A stretch of 64,000 nt of DNA, taken from assembly GCA_947598485.1 (NCBI GenBank), contig CANQFJ010000005.1, positions 3,387-67,386 on the forward strand. Reading direction: 5' to 3'. Origin of the DNA: an uncultured Bacilli bacterium. Lineage in GTDB: Bacteria; Bacillota_I; Bacilli_A; RF39; UBA660. The notes beneath the pieces were generated by a model. The model was not told the DNA's origin, ran no database searches, and worked only from the letters and a program-made list of their open reading frames with translations. Shown in pieces: positions 37,004 through 45,267 of this stretch (position 1 is its first letter; every line of letters begins with the position of its first letter). Both the position numbers and the translations under genes were made by a program.

Positions 37004-37891
37004 ATGCTAGCAATTAATAACAAAAAAATAAGCAAATTATACATCGGGGGCAAAGAGGTAACTTCTATGTATATCGCGGGGCAAAAAATATATAAATCCG
37101 GTCTAAAAATTGTATCGTTTCACGATGGCACGGATGCAGAAATATCTGCGATGTTAGACGCACACTACAGCGGGCAAATTAACATAAGCGACTATTGGAA
37201 AGTTGGAGATACAAGAGTGATACATATTGATGCAACTAATAGTGGTACCAAGCCCCATGTTGCACAAAATATGACTATAGTTATATATGGATTTGACCAC
37301 GATAATTTGTCTTCTCGTATAGGTAACCGAGAAAAAGCCGCAGTTACGGTTGGGTTTAGAGAGGCTTTAGGGTTTAATGGAAGTAATGAAAATGAATACT
37401 ACTGGGGTAGTTCGCGTAGCCTAGTTAATAATACTGATAATTATCCAGATAGTCCTTTAAGAACTTGGTTAAACGGCAGTTTATTAAATGCTATGCCGAG
37501 TACCTTTAGTTCTTTAATAAAAGAAGTCCAAAAATGGAATTTAGCAATGCACACGGATTATATTCCATTAATATCTTTAGAAAAAATATGGTTATTAAGT
37601 TATCCCGAAGTTTTCGGCCAAGTCATATATACACATTATATAAATGGCGGAAGTGTAGGAGAATGGGAAGGTACTCAATATGATTATATGAAAACTTCTT
37701 CAAATAGAATGAAAAAAGCAAATAATAATGGAGCGCCGGGGTCTAGTGGAGCATACTACTGGTTAAGAAGCCCTAGTTCACGTGGTGATAGTTATGGTGG
37801 ATTTTTTTGGTGTTGTGTGGGTACAGATGGCACCGCCTATAGTTATGGTGGCACCGTAACTAGGGGTTTAGCTCCAGCATTTTGTTTGTAA
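37004..37891 (+). CDS. putative receptor-binding/tail-fibre-associated protein with YWLRSP motif (DUF6273-like, tentative)
   Basis: 295 aa. AYYWLRSPSS motif, G/Y/W-rich C-terminus, and position after the fibre gene. Confidence 0.4.
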   Translation: MLAINNKKISKLYIGGKEVTSMYIAGQKIYKSGLKIVSFHDGTDAEISAMLDAHYSGQINISDYWKVGDTRVIHIDATNSGTKPHVAQNMTIVIYGFDHDNLSSRIGNREKAAVTVGFREALGFNGSNENEYYWGSSRSLVNNTDNYPDSPLRTWLNGSLLNAMPSTFSSLIKEVQKWNLAMHTDYIPLISLEKIWLLSYPEVFGQVIYTHYINGGSVGEWEGTQYDYMKTSSNRMKKANNNGAPGSSGAYYWLRSPSSRGDSYGGFFWCCVGTDGTAYSYGGTVTRGLAPAFCL

Positions 37892-37910
37892 AGAAAGTGA
37901 GGTGATATAG

Positions 37911-38114
37911 ATGAGTAATAAAGTTTATGATGTACTAAAGTTTACAGCTCTAGTTATTTTCCCAGCAGTTACAGCTTGTACAGGAACTATTTTAAAAGCT
38001 TTAAATGTTCCATGTAGTGATGTAGTTGCTATAATAATGACTGCTATAGATACATGTTTTGGTACTATAATTAGCAAATTAAGCTCCGATTATAAAAAGA
38101 AAAATCAAATATAG
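37911..38114 (+). CDS. holin
   Basis: 67 aa with two TM helices and a charged C-terminus (DYKKKNQI), immediately upstream of the endolysin. Confidence 0.7.
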   Translation: MSNKVYDVLKFTALVIFPAVTACTGTILKALNVPCSDVVAIIMTAIDTCFGTIISKLSSDYKKKNQI

Positions 38115-38127
38115 AAAGGAAATTAAT

Positions 38128-39180
38128 ATGAAAGTAAAAGAATTTCTTGATAAACTTGAACTTGCTTATAAAGAACCTAACTACTATAAATCTGGTGGTT
38201 GGGGCATGTGGGACGGCTCTAAATGGGGCTGGGACTGCATATGTATTATTAAAGGCATCCTTTGGGGATGGAATAATGATAAATCTAAGCCTAGAGGTGG
38301 CGGAGCTGTTTATGGCTCTAATGGTGTACCTGATATAGGCGAAGACGGTTTAATTAATTCTTGCAAAAATGTATCATCTGATTTCACTAATTTAACACCA
38401 GGAGAATTATTATACATGCAAGGCCATTGTGGCATCTACATCGGTAACAGAACTGTCATTGAAGCTACCAAAGGTTGGGGAACTGATAAAGTTATTAAAA
38501 CTCAAGTGGATAACCTAGGTAATAGAAGCTACAATGGTCAAATTGAAAGAAAATGGCTAAAGCATGGTTTGCTTCCTTGGATAGATTATGATGACCAAAT
38601 TGAGCCTGTAGGCGAATATTTTGTTGCTAATGGAGAATATGTTTTAGACATTGCAAAATGTATTCATACAATCCCTAGCTTAGGTAATAATGTTATGCAA
38701 GCTGAAAGGGTTGATGATTTTACTAAAACAATTCTTGAATCTACTACTGGTAATGCTATGATAAAGAAAGGCATTGAGCTTCAACCACTTGAGATAAAAA
38801 AAGAAAATGGAAGAACTTGGGGAAGCTATGGCAACTGTTGGATAGAGCTAGAAAACGAATATGGTGAAAAACAAGCTACCAAGACTAATCAAGATAAGGT
38901 AGAAGAATACTTCCTTGAAGGTCAAACTTATAAACTTCTATATGATAAATGTATAAGAACATCTCCTGAACTTGCTAATAATATTTTACAAGCTACAAGA
39001 GTAGATGCTTTCACAAAGACATTACTTGCCTCACAAACAGGAAATGCTATGCTTAGAGCAGGTACTGAAATAACTTGTCTAAAAATAACTAAAGAAAATG
39101 GTCGTATTTGGGGAAGCTATGGCAACTGTTGGATATGCTTATGCAACGATGATGGAACTAAACAAGCTACAAGGATTTAA
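38128..39180 (+). CDS. endolysin: N-terminal cysteine peptidase/amidase (NlpC/P60- or Amidase_5-like) plus two ~90-aa cell-wall-binding repeats
   Basis: GWDCICIIKG (Cys) and MQGHCGIYIG (His). Tandem repeats EYF..G.Y.L....CI.T.P.L.NN..QA.RVD.FTKT.L.S.TGNAM...G.E.....I.KENGR.WGSYGNCWI. Confidence 0.75.
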   Translation: MKVKEFLDKLELAYKEPNYYKSGGWGMWDGSKWGWDCICIIKGILWGWNNDKSKPRGGGAVYGSNGVPDIGEDGLINSCKNVSSDFTNLTPGELLYMQGHCGIYIGNRTVIEATKGWGTDKVIKTQVDNLGNRSYNGQIERKWLKHGLLPWIDYDDQIEPVGEYFVANGEYVLDIAKCIHTIPSLGNNVMQAERVDDFTKTILESTTGNAMIKKGIELQPLEIKKENGRTWGSYGNCWIELENEYGEKQATKTNQDKVEEYFLEGQTYKLLYDKCIRTSPELANNILQATRVDAFTKTLLASQTGNAMLRAGTEITCLKITKENGRIWGSYGNCWICLCNDDGTKQATRI

Positions 39181-39183
39181 AAA

Positions 39184-39216
39184 AGTTAGTCGATTAATTC
39201 GACTAACTCTTTTTTT
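39184..39216 (+). terminator. rho-independent terminator of the late operon
   Basis: AGTTAGTCG-ATTAATT-CGACTAACT followed by a T-run. Confidence 0.75.
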
Positions 39217-39310
39217 ATGCAATTAAATTTTAAACTATTACTTAGGCAAAATGTTGGTTAATTTGCCTAAGTAAGCAAAATGTGATTTTCAAGAAGTAGG
39301 AGGTGAAATC

Positions 39311-39376
39311 GTGATTTTTATCCATATAGTTATCGCAAAACTAGAATTAGAAATAAAAATCTCTCTTCACTCCTAA
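39311..39376 (+). CDS. 21-codon micro-ORF with consensus SD (speculative)
   Basis: TAGGAGGTGA at 39297-39306, then GTG at 39311. Peptide MIFIHIVIAKLELEIKISLHS. Enclosed by the 12-bp inverted repeat 39273-39284 / 39388-39399. Confidence 0.25.
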   Translation: MIFIHIVIAKLELEIKISLHS

Positions 39377-39417
39377 AAAGAGTGTACCACATTTTGCTTG
39401 AATTGAAAACAAAGAAG

Positions 39418-39729
39418 CTATAAAAGGTATTTTTTATAATGAGCTTTATGCTCTGGATATCTTTCTACCATAAAGTTATATATCATTTTTTTAACTACTT
39501 TATTATTTTTAGAATGAATTTCAATGATATGATCTTCATATGATAATGGTACAAGATTCCATACTTCATTATTAGATCTATTTTGGTCTATATGATGATA
39601 ATGTCTTATGTTGAAAACATTTCCTTTTTTAGGTAGATATCTACCCATATAATCAACTACATAATCGGGATTATCCCATGTCTCATAAATAGCATCTAAT
39701 TGCTTTCTTACTTTATTAGGTATTTCCAT
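39418..39729 (-). CDS. HNH endonuclease (small, stand-alone)
   Basis: HHIDQNRSNNEVWNLVPLSYEDHIIEIH fits the H-N-(N)-H beta-beta-alpha-metal motif. 103 aa. Confidence 0.7.
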   Translation of the reverse strand: MEIPNKVRKQLDAIYETWDNPDYVVDYMGRYLPKKGNVFNIRHYHHIDQNRSNNEVWNLVPLSYEDHIIEIHSKNNKVVKKMIYNFMVERYPEHKAHYKKYLL

Positions 39730-39730
39730 T

Positions 39731-39759
39731 TTTCAAACACACTCCAAACACACTTTTTT
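39731..39759 (+). repeat. 29-bp direct repeat TTTCAAACACACTCCAAACACACTTTTTT (partner of 1987-2016)
   Basis: Differs from the left copy only in the 2-3 nt between the two AAACACACT 9-mers. Confidence 0.55.
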
Positions 39760-39846
39760 GTTTTTTTGGTATGTTTATAATGTGTTATGGTTTAATTAAA
39801 AAGCTTTTATGACCAGAAAAAATGCTTATTTAATTTCTATCACGCA

Positions 39847-39863
39847 TCCCTTCGAGGACACCA
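39847..39863 (+). pseudogene. displaced original 3-prime end of tRNA-Arg (attR side): TCCCTTCGAGGACACCA
   Basis: It matches the tRNA 3-prime end at 15 of 17 positions. Its CGAGGAC is the perfect Watson-Crick complement of the tRNA 5-prime acceptor strand GTCCTCG. Confidence 0.6.
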
Positions 39864-39875
39864 GCTTAGCATTTT

Positions 39876-39903
39876 AGTCCCTGAAATTAGGGACTTTATT
39901 TTT
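39876..39903 (+). terminator. terminator following the displaced tRNA end
   Basis: AGTCCCT-GAAATT-AGGGACT followed by TTATTTTT. Homologous in form to the hairpin at 1949-1975. Confidence 0.55.
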
Positions 39904-39994
39904 GGCCTATATAGCTGAGGAGTTTTTGACATAGACCATAAAATATGCTATTATGATTACGCAAATAGAGTTATCGCGATAAAAGGAAATATGT

Positions 39995-41824
39995 ATGAAA
40001 ATATTTAGAAATCTTCTTTTAAGTTTATTAAGTAGTGTAGCTCTTACTACTAGCTTCTATAATATATATGATGGGGGACTTAAACAAGTAAAAACGTTTA
40101 TAAAAATAGACTATTTGCCAAAGTCGGTTTTAATTATTGCTTTTATCGCAATATTTATTCTTATGTTCTTTTTTTATCAAAGAAAGAGTTCGAAAAATAC
40201 TTATAATAATCTTTTAGCAGGGTTGTTTACACTTTTCTTAGTTATTGGTAACGGATATGAATTATATGGCTCTTTTCTTGAATTATTCAAGGGTTATCAT
40301 TTTGTTTTAATGATTGTAAATATTTTTGGTTATTATTTCTTTATCCAAAACTTTATACCTTTGGTAAAGGAATTATTTCTCAAATTAAATGATAAAAACT
40401 TAAAGGAAAATAGAATTGTTAGGCTTTTTAATAGAAACCCATTTTGGTTTTGCTTTATTACCATATTTATATCATGGTCAATATATTATGTAGCTTTTTA
40501 TCCCATTGTTTTATCCCCAGATCCGTCATATCAAATTAAACAGTTCTTAGGTGAAAAAACAAAATATATGGACTATTCAGTACTTATAAATGAAAATGTA
40601 ACAATAACTAATCATCATCCAGTTGTCCATACCGTATTATTAGGCTCTTGTTTAAAATTAGGAAGATATTTAGTTAATGATAATTTTGGCTTATTTATCT
40701 ATAGCTTTATTCAGGGAATATTCCTTGCTCTTACTTTAATAAGGACAATTTTATTTTTAAAAAAAAGAAAGATAAATAATAGATATTTATTATTAACGCT
40801 TATAGGCTACGCTCTAATACCGATATTTCCTCTTTATGCCATAAACGCAAATAAAGATGTTTATTACACGATTATATTTATTAATCTTACGATATGTGTC
40901 TTTGAATTTATTGATATGTATAAAAAAAGGGCTTTGCCTTGGCTTAAGGTTTTAGAAATGTTTACTTTTTCTTTTTTATTATGCTTATTTAGAAATAACG
41001 GAATATTTATTATTATTCCTCTTTACCTAGCTTTAACAATATATAGTAAAACTAATTTAGGTAAATTACTTATTACTGGCATTTGTACAATTGGCCTTTA
41101 TTTTTCTTTTACAAATATTTTGCTTCCTTATCTAGGCATAACCGGAACAAGCATAAGAGAAACAATGAGTTTATTTTTTCAACAGACAGCAAGAGAAATA
41201 AAATATTATGAAAAAGATATAAACGCCAAAGATAAAGCAGCTATAGCTAAAATTATCGATTATGACAACGCTAAAAAGAATTATAATCCTGTTATAGCGG
41301 ACCCTGTTAAAAACACGTTTAATAAGTATGCAACTAAAGAAGATCTTAAAAACTATCTTATGGCTTGGGGAAGGGGACTTATTAAACATCCCTTAGTTTA
41401 TGTTGATGCAACTCTTAATAATACTTATGGCTATCTTGATCCGGAGGAAATATCTTGGTACATTTATGCAAATTATGATAAACGAATTACCCAAAATAAT
41501 TTAGTAGACTATCATTATAATTCTTTAGAGTCCTTGAGAACTTTACTAAAAACATATGGCGCTTTATTTGTCTACATACCTATTGTAGGGCTAAGTTGTA
41601 ACATTGGCCTTAGTACTTGGCTTATTATAGCTTTAGCATTATATTTGTTTAGAAATAATAAAAAGTACTTAATTTTCCTTATCCCTTATGCCATGTCCAT
41701 TCTTATTTGTTTTGCTTCTCCTGTTAATACTTATTTTAGATACGCTATGCCTATTGTTTTTAGTGAGTTTTTCTTAATAGGTATTTGGTTTTTAGTTAAT
41801 AAAGCAAAAAGAGCTAGAGAATAA
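39995..41824 (+). CDS. polytopic membrane protein (GT-C-like glycosyltransferase fold suspected)
   Basis: 609 aa with more than 10 predicted TM helices and one large loop. No catalytic motif verified. Confidence 0.5.
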   Translation: MKIFRNLLLSLLSSVALTTSFYNIYDGGLKQVKTFIKIDYLPKSVLIIAFIAIFILMFFFYQRKSSKNTYNNLLAGLFTLFLVIGNGYELYGSFLELFKGYHFVLMIVNIFGYYFFIQNFIPLVKELFLKLNDKNLKENRIVRLFNRNPFWFCFITIFISWSIYYVAFYPIVLSPDPSYQIKQFLGEKTKYMDYSVLINENVTITNHHPVVHTVLLGSCLKLGRYLVNDNFGLFIYSFIQGIFLALTLIRTILFLKKRKINNRYLLLTLIGYALIPIFPLYAINANKDVYYTIIFINLTICVFEFIDMYKKRALPWLKVLEMFTFSFLLCLFRNNGIFIIIPLYLALTIYSKTNLGKLLITGICTIGLYFSFTNILLPYLGITGTSIRETMSLFFQQTAREIKYYEKDINAKDKAAIAKIIDYDNAKKNYNPVIADPVKNTFNKYATKEDLKNYLMAWGRGLIKHPLVYVDATLNNTYGYLDPEEISWYIYANYDKRITQNNLVDYHYNSLESLRTLLKTYGALFVYIPIVGLSCNIGLSTWLIIALALYLFRNNKKYLIFLIPYAMSILICFASPVNTYFRYAMPIVFSEFFLIGIWFLVNKAKRARE

Positions 41825-42911
41825 CTGGTTTATTTTCTAACTCTTTTTTATATGCATTAGTATTCATTATAAGATCGTATATAAAGGCGGCTTTCTTTTC
41901 CCAATCTCTAAGCTTAGAATCTTTATTATTTTGGGGAATTTCTTTACGAATCTTTTTTAAGTACTTTTGACCTTTTTTATTAAAACCTAAGATATTTAAA
42001 TAATCATTTTCTATTTTAGCATCATCTTTAGTTATCCCAAGTATAATATGAATAAGCATTCGATTTAGCTTATTAAAAGTATACCTTTTTGTTTTTAAAT
42101 TGTTTATTAACTCATCTAAATTATGCGATTTATCTAATGCTTTAATTAAACGATATTCAATGCCCTCATCAACATCTAAGTATTTATCTAAATTGGTATC
42201 TCTTTTAATAATAAGGCTTAAATATTTAAAAAGAATGTCATCATTAAAATCATGAACTTTATCTACTACTTCTTTAGGGACATATTTGCTTATATCTTGT
42301 TTTCCTTTTATTTTGTTACGAATATTGGAAGCGCTAATGATACTATCGTTACTTTCTATATCAAGGTAATCATTTGTTCTTTGAATGGCAACAGGCTCTA
42401 TTTTGGGATTTATTTGTAATATAGCTTTAATATATGATATTGCTAATAAATCATTGGGCTTAAAAGTAAAACTTATATTTAAGCCTTTAGCTAAAGCCGT
42501 TGGATAGTTATAACCCTTATCTAAAAACTCTTTTACTCTTATATCATTTTCTTTGGTAAGCGAAGTTTCAGCTATTAATTTAAGCTTTTGGATGTCACAA
42601 GATTCGGAACCAAAAACAATTTTATTAACCTTTAATTTACTAAGAGATTCAATAGCTCGATAAGCAAATGTATCTGCACTTTGGGTTCCATATATAGATG
42701 GTAGATTAATAACAATATCTACCCCATAAAGTAAAGCAAGGTTAACTTTATCTTCTTTAGTAAGTAGCGATATTTCTCCACGCTGCATAAAATAACTATT
42801 CAAAGCAAGAACTATGATACTATTAGGATATAATTCTTTAATCTTTTTTAAATGATAGACATGACCATTATGAAATGGGTTATATTCGCAAATAATTCCT
42901 ATAATTTCCAT
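41814..42911 (-). CDS. tmcAL: tRNA(Met) cytidine acetate ligase (YlbM/TmcAL family nucleotidyltransferase)
   Basis: N-terminal IICEYNPFHNGHVYHLKK (HxGH-type) motif. Length of 365 aa is typical. Confidence 0.7.
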   Translation of the reverse strand: MEIIGIICEYNPFHNGHVYHLKKIKELYPNSIIVLALNSYFMQRGEISLLTKEDKVNLALLYGVDIVINLPSIYGTQSADTFAYRAIESLSKLKVNKIVFGSESCDIQKLKLIAETSLTKENDIRVKEFLDKGYNYPTALAKGLNISFTFKPNDLLAISYIKAILQINPKIEPVAIQRTNDYLDIESNDSIISASNIRNKIKGKQDISKYVPKEVVDKVHDFNDDILFKYLSLIIKRDTNLDKYLDVDEGIEYRLIKALDKSHNLDELINNLKTKRYTFNKLNRMLIHIILGITKDDAKIENDYLNILGFNKKGQKYLKKIRKEIPQNNKDSKLRDWEKKAAFIYDLIMNTNAYKKELENKPVIL

Positions 42912-42986
42912 GAACTTAATATATTAAATATTATTGTAATTGTCAAATAAAGTAGCTTATAATATAGAAAGTGAAAGAGAGAAGTT

Positions 42987-43841
42987 ATGATTATATGTAT
43001 TGTTGGTCCAAGTGGCATTGGTAAAACCAGACTTTCGATTGATTTAGCTAAAAAATATAAGGTGGAGATTATAAATGCTGATGCAACTCAGATTTATAAA
43101 GAACTTGATATTGGTAGTGCTAAGATAACTAAACAAGAGATGGAAAATATAAAACACTACCTTATTGATATCAAAAGTCCTGATGAAGAATATAGCGTTA
43201 GTGATTATCAAAAAGATGCTCGCGCTATAATCGATAGTAATCCTAAGCAAAACTTTATTGTATGTGGCGGAACGGGGCTTTATATTAATGCTTTATTTTA
43301 TGATTATAACTTTTTAACGAAAGGAAACAATACTTATGATAATTTAACTAATGAAGAGCTTTATGAAAAAGCTTTAGCAAAAGATGCCCATATGAATATT
43401 CATCAAAATAATCGTATCCGACTTATTAATTTTTTAAATAATGAAAATATTTCTAATAATAAAAATGTGCCTTTGTATAAAGATGTTATTTATATTGGCC
43501 TTACTATGAATAGACAAGATATTTATGAACGAGTTAATAAAAGGGTAGATATAATGTTTGAAAAAGGTTTGGTAGGGGAAGTAACTACTCTATATCATAA
43601 ATATCCTAAGAGTATGATCTTAAAAAGAGCTATAGGATATAAAGAAATAATATCTTATCTAAATAAGGAAATAAGTTTAGATGAGGCTAAAGAATTAATC
43701 AAAAAAAATACCAGACATTATGTCAAAAGACAATATACCTGGTTTAATAATCAACTTCCCGTGACTTGGTTTGATGCCACTAACTACGATGTTGCTTTGT
43801 CAGGAATTATAGATTTTATCTCGTCGTTAAATTCTAAGTAA
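42987..43841 (+). CDS. miaA: tRNA dimethylallyltransferase
   Basis: P-loop GPSGIGKT, then ADATQIYKELDIGSAK and CGGTGLY motifs. Confidence 0.85.
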   Translation: MIICIVGPSGIGKTRLSIDLAKKYKVEIINADATQIYKELDIGSAKITKQEMENIKHYLIDIKSPDEEYSVSDYQKDARAIIDSNPKQNFIVCGGTGLYINALFYDYNFLTKGNNTYDNLTNEELYEKALAKDAHMNIHQNNRIRLINFLNNENISNNKNVPLYKDVIYIGLTMNRQDIYERVNKRVDIMFEKGLVGEVTTLYHKYPKSMILKRAIGYKEIISYLNKEISLDEAKELIKKNTRHYVKRQYTWFNNQLPVTWFDATNYDVALSGIIDFISSLNSK

Positions 43842-44791
43842 ACACTAGTGTCAAAGTTATGTTCTTCAATTTTGGTTTCACCTTCGCTATCAACTTTTTT
43901 AATTGCTTCATTATCTACTAAAAAGTACTTATAATAAAGATAATCTTTACCAGTCTTTGACACGGGATCATCCCATGTAAGATCAATATGTAGCCATCTT
44001 GGACCTTTTCCATCATTCATATCAAAGTATACAGCATTCCAGACATGACCGGTTGATTTATAGCTTATTTGGTCAGGAGTTGTAGCTATTTTGTAATTCT
44101 TATAACCAAGCTTAGTTAAAATAATTGCCATTGTGTCAGTGTATCCATTACAAGTTGCATACCCTTCGAATAAAAGCCCCCAGGCAATATTTGATTTATA
44201 TTTGCTGTTACCATTTTCATCAACACTTTGATCATATTTAGAATTATTAATAATGTAGTCATGAATAGCTTTTAAATTATCATATTGTGATTTATCCTGC
44301 GAAGTAACTTGGGCAATAATTTCATCTGTTTTAGCATCAATTTGTTCAATTTGTTCTTGCGAATAAACATGATTAATTTTTATAGATATTTCTCCTGATT
44401 CGTATATTGTTGTAGCAATATTAGTAAAACTATTATAAGGATGAACATAATTATTAATATGAGTTAATACTAAATTATCATTACTAATTTCGCCAATATC
44501 ATCGATACAGCCTTCGTATTCATTCGGACAATAAAAGGTAAAACTAATCCAACCATTATTTATCGCAGAATATAAAATATCTAATAAATCTTGATAAGAG
44601 TAGGGTACAAAATCATCTGTTTTATTGACAAACATAAATCCTTCGTTTTTAGCATAACTATTGCTTTCTGGCACGTATACGTATTGATTAGTAGAAAATT
44701 TATCTTTTAAAAAGTCACTTATTTTATCAGCCAATATAATCGTTTCTCCAATTAGAATAAGGCATAATATAATAATTATTACTTTTTTCAT
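43784..44791 (-). CDS. secreted/membrane-anchored transglutaminase-like cysteine protease domain protein
   Basis: N-terminal signal/TM, and CNGYTDTMAIILTKLGY...GHVWNAVY...D, consistent with a transglutaminase-core Cys-His-Asp. Confidence 0.6.
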   Translation of the reverse strand: MKKVIIIILCLILIGETIILADKISDFLKDKFSTNQYVYVPESNSYAKNEGFMFVNKTDDFVPYSYQDLLDILYSAINNGWISFTFYCPNEYEGCIDDIGEISNDNLVLTHINNYVHPYNSFTNIATTIYESGEISIKINHVYSQEQIEQIDAKTDEIIAQVTSQDKSQYDNLKAIHDYIINNSKYDQSVDENGNSKYKSNIAWGLLFEGYATCNGYTDTMAIILTKLGYKNYKIATTPDQISYKSTGHVWNAVYFDMNDGKGPRWLHIDLTWDDPVSKTGKDYLYYKYFLVDNEAIKKVDSEGETKIEEHNFDTSVYLEFNDEIKSIIPDKATS

Positions 44792-44853
44792 AATATTTTA
44801 GTCTCCTAACTTAATTTTATCATGTTTTAGAGCAATAAAAAAGTAGTCTAACA

Positions 44854-45117
44854 CTACTTCGCATTTTTTATTTTTTGGGCTAATCTTGATTTTTCTCTAT
44901 CAGCAGTATTTTGTTTAATTAATCCCTTGCTAAGTGCTTCATCACAAGCCTTTTGAAAATCCTTATATAAAGTATTTGCAGCTTCAATATTATTTTCGCT
45001 TAGCTCTTTTTCAATATTTTTAATTAAATTTTTAACTTTAGCTTTAGGTTCATGATTGTTTAAAGTTTTTTTGGCAATTACTTTAACTGCTTTTTTTGAA
45101 CTTTTAATATTAGGCAT
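44854..45117 (-). CDS. rpsT: 30S ribosomal protein S20
   Basis: MPNIKSSKKAVKV... after RBS GGGAG. The track ORF is extended upstream to 45177. Confidence 0.85.
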   Translation of the reverse strand: MPNIKSSKKAVKVIAKKTLNNHEPKAKVKNLIKNIEKELSENNIEAANTLYKDFQKACDEALSKGLIKQNTADREKSRLAQKIKNAK

Positions 45118-45267
45118 GTTAAATCTCCCTTCTTTTTTATACGATATCATTTTATCAAAAAGTCCTAAAATAAGCAAGAAAAACTCATCTTATAACTTAT
45201 TTAATTGATGTTTTATTTTTTGACATTTTTTTCATAAGTCATTTTATATACTTATATTGGTGATTAC

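Larger units (their letters stand above)
1921..39863. mobile_element. integrated temperate phage (about 37.9 kb) in the 3-prime end of tRNA-Arg
   Basis: Integrase lies next to the tRNA. The window holds complete lysogeny, replication, packaging, virion and lysis modules. A duplicated tRNA 3-prime segment (TCCCTTCG core) sits at 1921-1928 and 39847-39854, and the displaced tRNA end plus terminator sits at the right border. Confidence 0.85.

Noticed and set aside
5244-39417. A retron, DGR or group II intron as the explanation for the inverted repeats and non-coding islands (5482-5960 and 39241-39417).
   Set aside because: No reverse-transcriptase-like ORF (YxDD motif) is visible anywhere in the window. 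The duplicated endolysin repeats differ at all base types, not only at adenines.
1987-39759. The 29/30-bp direct repeats as the true att core.
   Set aside because: A tRNA 3-prime remnant with its own terminator lies 87 bp outside the right repeat and restores a perfect acceptor stem. That points to the tRNA as attB. The repeats fit better as arm-type sites. Junction sequencing could overturn this.
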